Assembly: GCA_024626585.2 (NCBI GenBank)
Contig: JANKJI020000001.1
Coordinates: 13,815,209 to 13,842,336, forward strand
DNA: 27,128 nucleotides
DNA from: Ginkgo biloba
Lineage: Eukaryota > Plantae > Ginkgophyta
Direction: 5' to 3'
Made by a program: the position numbers and the translations under genes. Position 1 is the first letter of the stretch, and the number at the start of each line of letters is the position of its first letter. The notes below the pieces were generated by a model. That model ran no database searches, had not been told where the DNA came from, and worked only from the letters and a program-made list of their open reading frames with translations. This document shows, piece by piece, positions 1 through 11,989 of this stretch.

Positions 1-2004
1 GCAATTGCAGTGGAGGAAGGAATCGCTTGAGACAACTAGGCAAAAATCACAAATCAGTGAGAGAAGATTGAATGTCATCAGGTGATTAAACATAAGGAGC
101 AGGTGTAAAGGAGTCATGTTTGAGGTTCACGAAGTCTACAAAACGTTGTTGAGTGGTGAATATAGCCTGGAGCAAAGCAGACGTGGAGAAAGGCATATTA
201 TCACCAAAGATGATTAGTAGGCACTGATTTTTTTGAAGAGAAAGTGTGTATAGCACAATCTGTGCAGAGCCAGAGAAGGTCCCATTGAACCACCAAGGGA
301 GTTGTTATCGGGAGTGGCACAAAAACGAATTGAACTACCAAGTGAAGAGTTGCAGAGTAATTCAAACGTGGAGCCCACACTCAGAGAAAAGATCACGTAG
401 TCTGGAGTAAACCGGTACCAGAGAATCACTCGTCGTAGGTGATAGAGCTGAGAGGGATGTGAACGGGAGAAAACCAAATAAAATCAAGAAATTGAGTCAG
501 GATCGGTGTCACATTACTACCAGAGAAGTCACACCCAGACATCATGACGTGGAAGGAGTGATTACAGAGCCATTGCAGAGCAAGACCACCGGGAGCGAAG
601 GAGTTTATTATAATTGCAAGGAGCAAAGAAGTTGTTAGTAAAGACTTGGCCACCAGGAGAGAAGACATGAGAATCATCACCATTGTGGGTCCGCAAAGAA
701 AATGGGACACCAGGCGTGAGGAGAAACGCCATCGAAAGCGAGTCACACGAAGAGTAGGAGTGTTTCAAAGGAACCGAGGACACTACAAAATTGTGCACCA
801 GGGTGAACAAATTGTNNNNNNNNNNNNNNNNNNNNNNNNNNNNNCAAAAAAAAATCCACAAAATCGCAGCGCACAGAAGAATTTTGAAAATCTAGGGTTA
901 ATCTAGGGTTAATCTTAGAAATAAAATTCTGATCAAAAGATGCTTATTTTCAGAGCATAGGGTCACGTGATAAACTCTCAGGAGTTAAACCCATAACTAA
1001 AACATTGCTTTTTAAGATTTATGTCTTAAAAAGGTGGTCACGTAGAGTAATTTCATCCCAANNNNNNNNNNNNNNNNNNNNNNNNNNNNNNNNNNNNNNN
1101 NNNNNNNNNNNNNNNNNNNNNNNNNNNNNNNNNNNNNNNNNNNNNNNNNNNNNNNNNNNNNAGATGGAATATGACCGAGGAAATGTCCCATTGACAAGAA
1201 AGGCTTCGCATAAATTTATGGAAAAAGAAGCAACTGTGTAGGGATTATATTGACCTGAGCTCAGAGCATGTGATTGAAAATACTTTACAAAATTAGTTGT
1301 GCCTTCAATGGAAGAAACTGATAGCACAAATCAGACTCAGTTCTCTCTAAATAAGATACAAAAAAGTAAGAGAGGGCCACACGATGAACAACAGGAAGAA
1401 AGAACATGAAAATATTTTATAAGCCATGAAATGGACAAATAGGTACATACTGATCCACTGCAAATAGCACAGACAAATCAGCTATATGTGCCAGACACAA
1501 TTTAGACAAGAGACATAAAACAGGGATGAGCTTATAACACACATAAAACACAAGAAACATTCTTAGATGATTACTCCAGGAGCCTGCATAAAAGAGGACG
1601 AAAGGATTGAACTTAATGCATATATCACAGAGCCTGTATCAGACAAAAAGAGAGCCAAGGAGCTTGAGTTAATCAACAAAACAACTCTTTTTTCTTGTAT
1701 TCTATGCTCTGAGATGCCAGCACTTGAAGACAAAAAGAAATTAATGCCTCCTATCTTGCTTTTGCTCAATCAGATCTCGAGAATAGTTCAATAAGATTCC
1801 AGGGAAACTGCCCTAGATGGCAGCACTTGATCAAAACTAAGTCAAGGGCTCAAAACAGGCTCTAAGTGCAGCCTGCATTAAATAAATTATTACGTTTCAC
1901 TTTCCAGTATTTTGCATCATGTCATCAAGAAATAAATATTAGAGTCAATTCGACTCTATGTAAAGAGTGATGGTAAAAGAGAGGAGGATAATTTTTCATC
2001 ATAC

Positions 2005-2180
2005 CTTCCATCAAACATGTAGGTAAGAGCAAAAGCTGCCATAGAGCATGTTAATTTTTATCCAGATGAGGAACAAAGGTGCATAACAAATGGAGCACCT
2101 ACCTCTTCAACTTTTCACCATGCATTGCAAGGATTAAATGATAGATTCTATAATTCTCCAATTACAGTATCATGTACATA
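2005..2180 (-). pseudogene. Decayed copy of a late ARABIDILLO ARM-repeat exon
   Basis: Hand translation: YVHDTVIGEL*NLSFNPCNAW*KVEEVGAPFVMHLCSSSG*KLTCSMAAFALTYMFDG, then AG|GTATGA. It aligns without gaps to the recalled ARABIDILLO segment DVHETAAGALWNLAFNPGNALRIVEEGGVPALVHLCSSSVSKMARFMAALALAYMFDGR. Stops are at 2150-2148, 2117-2115 and 2060-2058; the donor is intact and the acceptor AG is lost. Confidence 0.9.
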
Positions 2181-3099
2181 ATGTAATTAGAGAACACATC
2201 AATGTGATAATAAAATAACTTTGGTACCTTCCTATGAAATCATTAGAGAGAACTTTTATATATATAATCTACCAACCTTCAATGTTTATTTGGGATATCA
2301 TGCATTAACTATCATTTATGTATTCTCCACTTTCATTGGCTCTAATTATGTGATGATTCCCCTTCCATTTACTTCTTAGTTGCCAAAAATTTCCCTCTCA
2401 AATTNNNNNNNNNNNNNNNNNNNNNNNNNNNNNNNNNNNNNNNNNNNNNNNNNNNNNNNNNNNNNNNNNNNNNNNNNNNNNNNNNNNNNNNNNNNNNNNN
2501 NNNNTAATCAAAGCACTTTGCCACCTGCCTATGAAAACATTGGAAAGCACTTTGCCATCTGCAATCTGCTTAGAAAAGGAGTTTGAGCACTAAAACTCTC
2601 ATTTATGGATAGATATTAAAGTATGGTTGATCATATACTTTAATGTGCAGATATAAATAATACATGATATCACATAAACTTGATGTAAAATAATCTAAAA
2701 ATTCCATATTTTATTTTGGTAATTACAGAAAAGGAAATGCAAATCCTTTAAACCATACTTCAGATTATGCATACAGGGAACAACTAGCCTACTTGCTGCC
2801 AGGCTCTCTGAAGCAAATTAGTTCAAAGTCATATCGCAACCAGAAATAGTCAGTTACAAAAAGTTGTGTAACATTCTCAAGTGATCCATCAAATGCATAG
2901 GCATTCTGCAAGAACCCATTACACTCAGCCCTTTTTGTCAGAGAGTTGATCCTTGCCAAATGACATCTGTGATCTTTTTAGTAGGGCAACACACAGGATT
3001 ATTGATCCCAGGCATATCACTTCTTTCTTCCAGCCACTTTATCTTTTTCTGGACAGAAATGCTCTGCCTGGTTTGATGACCCTCAGAGATCTACAAAAT

Positions 3100-3525
3100 G
3101 ATACCTCTGACTACATCCATTTGACAACAGGCTCAGACATCTAGTAGATCCTTTTGGAGGACTATGAGATCCACTCTTCCAACCAGATCCAATGGAAAGC
3201 AGGCTCAGATATCAAGGGGGCAGAGGAATGTAAGATCCACAAATTTGAGGATTCTAGATCGAGGCCTCATCACCAGTTTCTATCTTTTGTGGGGGAGATT
3301 TGACCTTAGGAGAGATACCTCTTGACTACACCCATTAGACAACAAGCTCAGGCATCTAGTCTATCCTTTCGGAGAACTATGAGATCCACTCTTCCAAGCA
3401 GATCCAACAGACAGCAGGCTCAGGCATATAGAGGGCAGAGGACTATGAGACCCACAAAATTGAGGATTCCAGATTGAGACCTCATCGCCAGTTTCTACCT
3501 TTTGTGAGGGAGATTTTGCCTTAGA
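3100..3525 (+). repeat. Diverged tandem duplication, two copies of a ~214-bp unit with an internal ~72-bp sub-repeat
   Basis: Units start GATACCTC at 3100 and 3314 and align throughout. CA(A/G)GCTCAG...GAG...GA(T/C)CCAC occurs twice in each unit. Confidence 0.92.
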
Positions 3526-4975
3526 TGATAGGAGAGGCACCTGTTTCACTGCCATATTGAAAGACACTAGTTCTTCTTGTACAGCACAATACAAGCAGGG
3601 AGACATAGCAGACGACATCCTCCTCAAAGTATATTTTTCAGCAGATCTCACATGACTTTATAGTAGTGGATAACGATAGATAGATTAATTAATTGCTTAT
3701 AGCTGTCTAGCATCCAATGCCTCCCTCCTTCATTTATTCTTTGTCCAGCTGTTCTTGTTGCTCTTTATCTGTGCCACTACAATTTGACTTCTTTTACTCT
3801 GTGAATTAAAAGCTTTTAGATCTACTCGANNNNNNNNNNNNNNNNNNNNNNNNNCTGGATATATTTTTGTATTTTTTTTTTTCAGTACCAATGACCTCTT
3901 TTGGTCATCTATGGACATTAATAGTGGACATTAGACTATTTCACTTCCTTTGTTACCATGCATTCTGAAGTTGGGGACTGAAGGCAACCTAGAAAGAGCA
4001 AAGCACATCATAATTGCAAAAAACTACAATGTAGGAATCTAATCATATTCCTATAAAGAAAGAAATTATCTCACCATCCANNNNNNNNNNNNNNNNNNNN
4101 NNNNNNNNNNNNNNAGAACAGTCTTCCCTAAAAGAATGTAAGACTAGTAACATAAGAGTTTATGAATTTTTAAAATCCCCAAAGGCAAGTATCTCAAGCA
4201 TTAATTGTGATACAAGTTGATCCATATGCCTGGGGTGGTACCAATGTCATCATGTCCATCATCCACAGCCATAAAACCTTCTAAAGCCTGTTGAATGCAT
4301 CACCTACTGACGAATCGTGATTCGTCTGGGGATGGAAAGAAGCTTATAATGAAGGCTCATTGAGATTCTTGGGCGGCTGCCCACTTGTCGGGCCTACAGT
4401 GGAGGCAGTCCTAGAGTGTCTACACTAACATATGGTCTTGGAGTTCAGCAAGTGGTCTATGCAGGGTGCTGGCTTGTTGTCCGTTTTAGGGAAGAATATT
4501 TTGTTGCCAACTTGATCACCACTGCTGCATAATGGATGCTTCTACCCGATGGAAGGTTGAGATTAGAAGAACGAAGCGAGGTTCGGCTCATTGATGGAAA
4601 TGATCACCGTGGGTGGGGAGAGATGTTAGAGCCCAGAAAAGCCAAGTTAATCTTATCTCGGAATCTGCAAAAAAGACAAATTTTCTTATGAAGCCAGTAC
4701 TTGCATATTGCAGCTAATAGTGAGTTCACCGGAGAAAGTTGTGAGAAGAGAGAAAAAGGTAAAGGGTAGGGCCCAAGATGTAATCCAGTATAGAGAACCT
4801 CTAATAGAATGCTTCCATGTGTCATATTGGAGCTGCGGAAGGGTTCTTGGAGAGTGGGGCATCTTCGAGGAAAGGTCCAGACCTTCTATGGGAGGTTGTG
4901 CTCAATTTTTCTCACATAAAGAGTTTGCCACAGGCTTTAGCAACTCTTTCTACATCATTTTAATCATTTAAGCTG

Positions 4976-4977
<2 letters not shown>

Positions 4978-5011
<34 letters not shown>
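4978..5011. repeat. (CT)17 microsatellite
   Basis: Perfect CT run seen directly. Confidence 0.97.
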
Positions 5012-5014
<3 letters not shown>

Positions 5015-5844
5015 TCATTGGTGCAGCACTATCCTTTAGTGCTGATTTTTTGCATGTTGCTGAAATCAGTACAGTTTAGAAAGTGATGCAGTACAGGAGG
5101 TAATCTGCACATCTGAGTGCTCAGACTTCATTCCAAGGCCAAGACGCCTCATTTAGACCATTTTCACTAGATAGGGTTTGTTGTCCAGGGCTGCAGAAGA
5201 GACCCAAAGGGTTGAAGACAGCTTTTCAGCAGAGCCGCACTGTTTTTTAATATACTTTTGCATCATTTGAGGATTATGGATAGGGCGCTCCAAAGAGAAC
5301 TGCAGAAGGGAGATGTTTCACTCGATAGAGACAGCTGGTATCTTCAGTCAAAGGTTTCATCCAGGTAATTTTTACAATTTGTGAGTATTCTATACACCTT
5401 GGGGTTGAGGGGTGGAGTGTAGTGGATTATTAATAACTGCTAGGCGCTAATGATTAGCGTGTTCCATGAGGGAGGTTTGGCTGCCCAGATAGTAGACCCT
5501 TTTAAGCAATTCCCACAGCCCACATCAAGTAGTTGGTGTCCTTACTGCATGTCAACCTTAGTCAAATAGTTTCCTTCAATGAAACATGAAATTATATGTA
5601 TTTTTTTTTTGTCTGCATAAATTAACATAAGTAAATAACTGTTATGCATGAACAGTGACTGCATTGCACTTTTAAGACTGAATTTAAACTCTGTATACTT
5701 TACCTAAGTCACCTTGTTGCCATATTTTTTTTAGCATATTGTTTGCAAGGCTAAAGTGCCTAGTTTTGCAGGTTTAGCGAGTGAAAATGTTGTTAGAATA
5801 TTTATTTGTATTAATATTTACATGTAATCAAGGTCACAACGTAA

Positions 5845-7010
5845 TGTTGTGATATCTAAGTCTTTTACTAGGGTCAAAGTGTCATAGGGATGAGTCATTC
5901 CTAGGTCAGTNNNNNNNNNNNNNNNNNNNNNNNNNNNNNNNNNNNNNNNNNNNNNNNNNNNNNNNNNNNNNNNNNNNNNNNNNNNNNNNNNNNNNNNNNN
6001 NNNNNNNNNNAGATCAACACTCGATAGAAACTACGAGATTAAGCTTAAATAACAAAAATAAATAAAAACATTGTATCATAGAGATCATACACAAAGGAAT
6101 CAAAAATAAATTCCAGTTGGAATTTTGACAAAAAATGTCAAGTCGAAAAGAAAGGTTACTATCCTCCTATCGCTATCCATTGTCCTGTCATCAATGTTGA
6201 TCGAATTCATACCAGTGCATTGCACTGCCATCATTTCTACCATCACAACTTAGAAATATTCTGCAGTAACCCACAACATATTCAATGGCCATAATAGGCA
6301 TACCAACTATTAAATTACTACAAATCAACTACCTAACATAAACACCATCGACTTCTATGCTATCCATGGGTAAAACATCAATTGTCAATGTTACCTACTT
6401 AATATCTGTCACATCTGTGTGGTCATTTTGCTCAAAGAGCATCTAATGTGTAGGTCATCTTGCTCGGATATAAATTCATGCGATCATATTGGTCAGAACA
6501 TTTCTCATGTTGATCATCAACACAATATATACTTGGTGCAACAATACTTCGACCATCATTCTTCCAAGCATATTGCATTAGCTTTGCCACCGCAGCCTCT
6601 TTTCAGATTGAATACTTATTGACCTCTCCTTCTCGATCAATTTGTTGCATCTTTGAGTCGTTCACAATTTCATTTCAACCTGCATGCCAAAAGAATTATA
6701 ACCCACATCTAAACTATTGCCAAGTAAATATTTATTGCAGCCTTGTTTGCAATCAACTCTCAGTCATATGACATTTCAAGTGACCTTTCATCTTTTTCTT
6801 TATTCAGTTTATGCAAACTCCCATTCAATTACCTCTTGGTTCCATAGATCTTATACATGACCTTATACCCTAAAACTTTCAAGCATTGTTCTTTTAATAC
6901 AGGCTTCAATACCCTCCCCTTGATGTTTTAATAACTGTCACTATTTGATAGCCAACATCGGATTATTTCCCCCAAACTGAGACCCAGGAAAGAAAATATT
7001 GGACAGAAAC
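5845..7010 (-). mobile_element. Probable Copia-like 3' remnant: end of pol, PPT (6912-6921) and 3' LTR (about 5845-6911)
   Basis: The minus strand reads FSFLGLSLG (like the Copia terminal FxxLRxxLG), then CATCAAGGGGAGGG and TATTG (decayed TGTTG). A matching TGTTG lies at 5845 on the plus strand. Confidence 0.45.
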
Positions 7011-7027
7011 AAACATCATAAATGAAT

Positions 7028-7162
7028 ACACACACACACACANNNNNNNNNNNNNNNNNNNNNNNNNNNNNNNNNNNNNNNNNNNNNNNNNNNNNNNNNN
7101 NNNNNNNNNNNNNNNNNNNNNNNNNNNNNNNNNNNNNNNNNNATAAATGAATACACACACAC
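7028..7162. repeat. (AC)n microsatellite on both sides of an N-gap
   Basis: ATAAATGAAT(AC)n occurs both before and after the gap 7043-7142. Confidence 0.85.
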
Positions 7163-7399
7163 ATGCAAACATGTGCACATATGCCTCATAAAAATTTGGA
7201 AATCCATTAATTTTAAACCGTAACAAGTATCAATGTGAAAACATAAGTGAAGAAGTAACATAAGTGTACGAGTATTCAAGGATTGTAACAACAAATCATC
7301 TTACTTGCAAGGGTGGATGTCTTTCTATAGCTGCATATTGTTTAAATAGAGGTCTCCTCTATGTCTCTTTATAAGAGAATTTGAGAAAAGAAAGAAAAA

Positions 7400-8080
7400 A
7401 AAGAAATTATATCAATGACCACAACCAGTAAATGAGACTGGAAAATACAATATGTTTACTATCCCAAGGGAGTACATAAAGCACTCCAACCTACTCAAAT
7501 AAAGAAACATAAGTACATAAAGAAGCCTCAACAACATATAAAGTATGTGAGAAACAACTGGAAGGCAAATGATGCATCTCAAAAATAGGGTGCAGTTTCC
7601 AACAACAATAGCTGCTAAAAGATGCCAAGGAGCCTTAACAAAGGATCACAAGGGGTCACACTCTCTTGAGAGATGAAGTTTGAAGAAAAGAAACAGCATA
7701 GTAATGCAAACAGATATAAAGCCTACTTGAAACACTTTATCTAAAGACTGCAAAATCCGACATTTTAAAGGAGCAGCTATCTCTTCCCTTCAAATATAAG
7801 GAATCATTTTTTAACTTTAAGAAGTTTGTTGAGATAAATTTAGATACCCTACTCCTAATAGCAGAAATAAACTACCAAGTAGAACTACCAAATTTCCAGG
7901 AAAATGCATTCAAATGATGATGATTCATCAACTGAGAAAACCCCACCAGAATGAGAGATGCTTAGTGAAGATATGGCAAGTTCAGAGACAAACCAACAGG
8001 CCTTGATATGGATCTAACAAAATCGCCATTACAAATAACAGTTTAGTTGAACACAAAGCAACTACAGTGTTATTGCCCAA
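7400..8080 (-). mobile_element. Possible decayed LINE 3' fragment; boundaries approximate
   Basis: Minus-strand HSGGVFSV (~7953-7930) resembles the SGxFSV start of the LINE zf-RVT region, and KLKNDSL (~7818) resembles WKxRNxxxF. Only short motifs are visible. Confidence 0.3.
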
Positions 8081-8341
8081 ANNNNNNNNNNNNNNNNNNN
8101 NNNNNNNNNNNNNNNNNNNNNNNNNNNNNNACAGGCTTCAAGACCATCAAACAACCCATTTTCATGGAGAAAGGCAACAAGCATACCCTTAACCATGAGC
8201 TTAGAAACAAGTGGCTACAAGCCCAAGTTTGGTTAAAAAGTAAGTATAGCAAGAAGCTAAGAAGGTTTAAGAAGCCAAGGAAGAAGCTAGTGGAGCCCAT
8301 ATCATAGCTAAAAAGCTAACAAGCGAATGACCAGTTCTAAT

Positions 8342-9078
8342 TGTAGGTCATGAATTGTCAACCCGGTAGTTCGTAAACTTAGAGCAGCATGAGAGTCAGA
8401 ATCGCAATCCGATTACCTCAAGTGCACAGAGAGAATGTATCTCAAAAAATTCACCTAGAATTAGAATTCAGAGCACTAGAGAAACACTGAAAGGAAATAA
8501 TGCTACAATTTGCTAAAACAAAACAGAAACAGCAACTACAAGAAAAACAATATAGAGACAACACAGGCGCTCTGTGTTGGCATGGGGTACCGTCCACCTA
8601 GCTCCATCGTGGTTCAGAGCGCCCAGAAACATTTCAGGCACCTTTCAGTATGGGAGAAAAATATTGTTTGTCTTCTGCATTTGAAGGAAATAATTTATAC
8701 ATGAGGGAGAGGGAAGGGTTATATAACAGCAACCCGTTCCTCTCCCAGACAGCCCAAATTCACTTACAAACAATTTCAATAGGCACTAAACGTCAGTCTG
8801 CCTACAGCTGAAATGCAGGTGTTCCGTCAATAGCCGAAAACACCACACACTTCAATGGCAGCAACAAGACTTATGATTGGGCTGTCACTTGACAGTATAG
8901 TACATAACAAAAGTTGTTTCCTATTTATACTTAATAAAGGGCCCACTTACAAGCAACCCGCAAGTGAACAAAAGACACAAAAAGATGACATTGTGTCCAT
9001 AAACCCGTCCTCCATTGAACCGCCCACACATGACTACAAGCAAATTAACTATAACAGTAAATACTACACCCACCTACA
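8342..9078 (-). mobile_element. LTR-like segment (possible solo or truncated LTR)
   Basis: TGTAGGT...ACCTACA 7-bp terminal inverted repeat, internal TATATAA (~8719-8725) and a T-rich U5-like tract on the minus strand. Flanks CTAAT/ACTGG do not form a TSD. Confidence 0.45.
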
Positions 9079-9755
9079 ACTGGGGTGCAGGTGAAGAACC
9101 ACCTGTAACCCACCACTGCCACTATTTGCTTGCACTTGGCCATGCTCTGCAGTTGCTCCAAATCGCTTNNNNNNNNNNNNNNNNNNNNNNNNNNNNNNNN
9201 NNNNNNNNNNNNNNNNNNNNNNNNNNNNNNNNNNNNNNNNNNNNNNNNNNNNNNNNNNNNNNNNNNNNGACGTGTTTCATTTTTGACAAGACAATCACTT
9301 CAATTATGTTTCATCTACTACCTTCCCGACTGCTCCAAGCATTCATGTGGACAAATGCAACTTTAGATCATACTATCCGTTAAAGCTAGGGGTTCACATT
9401 GGCAGTTTCATGTTTAGTAGTGATGCCAATAAACTAAAAATAGCATTTCACTTCACTGCAAAAGATGAGTTGAGCTCAACTAACATTCATATTTGGTTTT
9501 AAACGTTCCTTTCAACACGAACTTCTCTTTCAATGACAAAATGTTGGTGTTGGACTCAACTTGAACACATGTATGAAGTGAACAGGAGAAATCAACTATA
9601 CTCCCATGCTGGTGTGGCCAAATTGAACCCTCCTTTCCTGAGCTTCAAACTTAGGCAGGCTCCCTAACACCCTATGTTGATGTACCCACTAGAGATACCA
9701 TGCTTTAAGGTCAAATGATCAATTTTAATTGGAATGGTGATCTTCTTTAATGGCA

Positions 9756-10046
9756 AAGAACATGGTCCTTATATTTGCAGCTAAATATGTTCAAATGTTC
9801 ACTTGGTCTCTTCTTTCAGACTTCTAGAATTAAATATTTGTGCAGCACGGACAAACTCCATATGATCCTTATATTTGCAGCTAAATATCTTTGAATGTTT
9901 ACTTGCTCTCTTCTTTCAGACTTCTAGAAGAACATAAGAACATGGTCCTTATATTTGCAGTTAAACATGTTCAAATGTTCACCTGCTCTCTTCTTTCAGA
10001 CTTCTAGAATTGAATGTTTGTGCAGCACGGACCGACTCCATATGAT
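9756..10046 (+). repeat. Complex tandem triplication (full, partial, full copy of a ~110-bp unit)
   Basis: CCTTATATTTGCAG at 9767, 9867 and 9947, each followed by CTCTTCTTTCAGACTTCTAGAA. An AAGAACAT doublet lies at 9928-9943. Confidence 0.95.
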
Positions 10047-11235
10047 TCTATGTATTCCATGAACACAAACTATTTTGTAAATCAAGATTAGGATCAACAT
10101 AATGTAAAGAAACTTGTTTTTGTCAGGCATCTCTGAGTCTTTACCATTGTAAACAACTTAAATTAGACTTCCCTGTATTCACATCAGTGTACAACTCTCT
10201 ATACAGTGATGGAGAATAGTTCATTTGAACGTTTTTTACTGAATGACAGTGCACTCTTTATAGTGTTCCCTATGAAGTACTCTGACAAGGATCTAACACT
10301 CCAATTTTCAAGTTCCTTTGGTGAAATTTCTCCAGAACCAGGTCTCTACTTGACTTCAGGGTCTACCCACAAAAACTGTGTTCAGCATGGACAAATGCCA
10401 TTGTGTTCTTCGTAATGCCCATGAAAGGACACCTTTATTAGCCATTGCTTCCATGTCTATAAATCAAAAAAGATCATCCGGATACAAAAATATAACCAAT
10501 ATTAAAATCACCAGTTCAGTTCCATCCTCCATCCCAACCCATCGAAATGTCCAAAGTGTGTCCAACAAAAAACCAATGGATTGATCTATATGAAGTGGTC
10601 CATGCATAATAGATAGAGAAGCCATTGACCTTCACCGGCATCATCTTCTAATTGTAATTGTTTATTAGTCCAATATTGGGCATGCACTTCACATTTCAAA
10701 GTTCTCATGTTTTGTTTCCAATGATTTTCTAGGTTATATGCCCTGGCATAGGTACTCAACTCTTTCTACTTGCTCAGGATGTTTTGAAATCAAAAGCAAT
10801 ATAATTAGTTTTCATTGCTTCCTGAGCAAGACAAGATCCAGGCTTCTATCCCGGTTACAGGATGTCTACTTTGATAAGAATGGCACCATTCACAGAATGA
10901 TATAGGAACATCCATGAACATAATGGAGACATTACTAGAAATAAAATTCATTTAGCATTGAATTCAAGTTATCAATAAGCATACTAGACATAACATTCCA
11001 TTCCATTATTCAAATAGAATTTTCTCGACTGCAAGACATTTCTCCTAAATATGTGGTTGGATGAATGGCAATGTTAGTAACAACTTTGGACAAACTAGTC
11101 GACAACTTACACTAACTTAACCTTGGTCTAAAGCAATTCATACATAGGACTAACTCTTGAAACTATAATTCAATAAGCACTGTCTAATGACCATATGACA
11201 GTTTGCTTAATAGCTTTTGATCTCTCTTAAATGAT

Positions 11236-11810
11236 TGTATGAATTATCGAGGAAAGACTAAGGTCGTCCAACATAGAGGAACTATGGAATGCGGTCGCCC
11301 TTCCTTTAAAAGATCTCTGGAGTACGAAAAATGGTCTAGGATTCTAAAACTTGCAGCTTAAATTTTGACCTTCAAATGATCATTTTTTGCCTTGAAAANN
11401 NNNNNNNNNNNNNNNNNNNNNNNNNNNNNNNNNNNNNNNNNNNNNNNNNNNNNNNNNNNNNNNNNNNNNNNNNNNNNNNNNNNNNNNNNNNNNNNNNNCC
11501 CCAAATGCGTGGCCACCAACTCGTTTCCTTAAGTTGTCACTTTTCCTCACCATATATGCACCATTTTCCGTGTAACTTTTGGAGTTCTCTTCATCATTCT
11601 CTTTGTCATGCATTCTACACATTACGGCGGATTTGTGCGAGGGATTCCTTGTCAATGGGTCAACTGGGCTAAATAGGTCACACGTGGCGATCGTGTCGAC
11701 ACCTTGTATTAGGAAAATTGGGCCATCCAACAACNNNNNNNNNNTCCTGTCGACTAGGGCCAAACATTTGAAGTTGTCCATCCACCCATCCATAGTCAAT
11801 CTTTAATACA
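11236..11810 (-). repeat. Putative 3' LTR of the Gypsy element, with adjacent polypurine tract (11813-11824)
   Basis: Termini TGTAT (11236) and ATACA (11810) are inverted repeats. The minus strand reads GAGAAGAAAGAA just before the LTR, downstream of integrase. Confidence 0.6.
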
Positions 11811-11989
11811 TGTTCTTTCTTCTCGAATTCCCTCTACTCAAAGTTGAAATATGCGCTAGAACATGTTTCTGCAACTACTAAAATCACCTTGTATATAGTG
11901 AACCAAGATTTCATCTTTTATTTCTTATTGCAAATGATACAATTTTAACTTCGAACCATTCACAAGTTCAACTCTCNNNNNNNNNNTTT

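Noticed and set aside
889-915. AATCTAGGGTT tandem copies resembling telomere or telo-box motifs
   Set aside because: Only about 2.5 copies and not TTTAGGG; such motifs are common in plant TE sequence.
1-1870. Purine-skewed sequence with several short ORFs (e.g. 646-906, 1567-1794)
   Set aside because: Probably TE-derived, but I could not find a diagnostic domain or terminus.
2270-2400. Possible decayed preceding ARABIDILLO exon (IAIGREGG...) and the acceptor-like TGCAG near 1873
   Set aside because: Neither translates into a convincing match to the neighbouring exons.
4260-5500. Higher-GC block around the CT microsatellite, with ORFs 4604-4825 and 4708-4971
   Set aside because: No recognisable protein motif, termini or TSD; left unclassified.
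7017-7162. Identical ATAAATGAAT(AC)n on both sides of a 100-N gap
   Set aside because: Most simply an unmerged contig overlap at a length-variable microsatellite, not a true duplication.
9756-10046. CRISPR-like appearance of the repeated blocks
   Set aside because: Eukaryotic context, long diverged units and no unique spacers or cas genes.
10660-10690. EVHAQYWTNKQ resembling the EVQSxxWxxxQ motif that follows DFxENY in some DNA transposases
   Set aside because: The upstream DFxENY and downstream SDG..QYK and HGK..DG motifs were not found, so no assignment was made.
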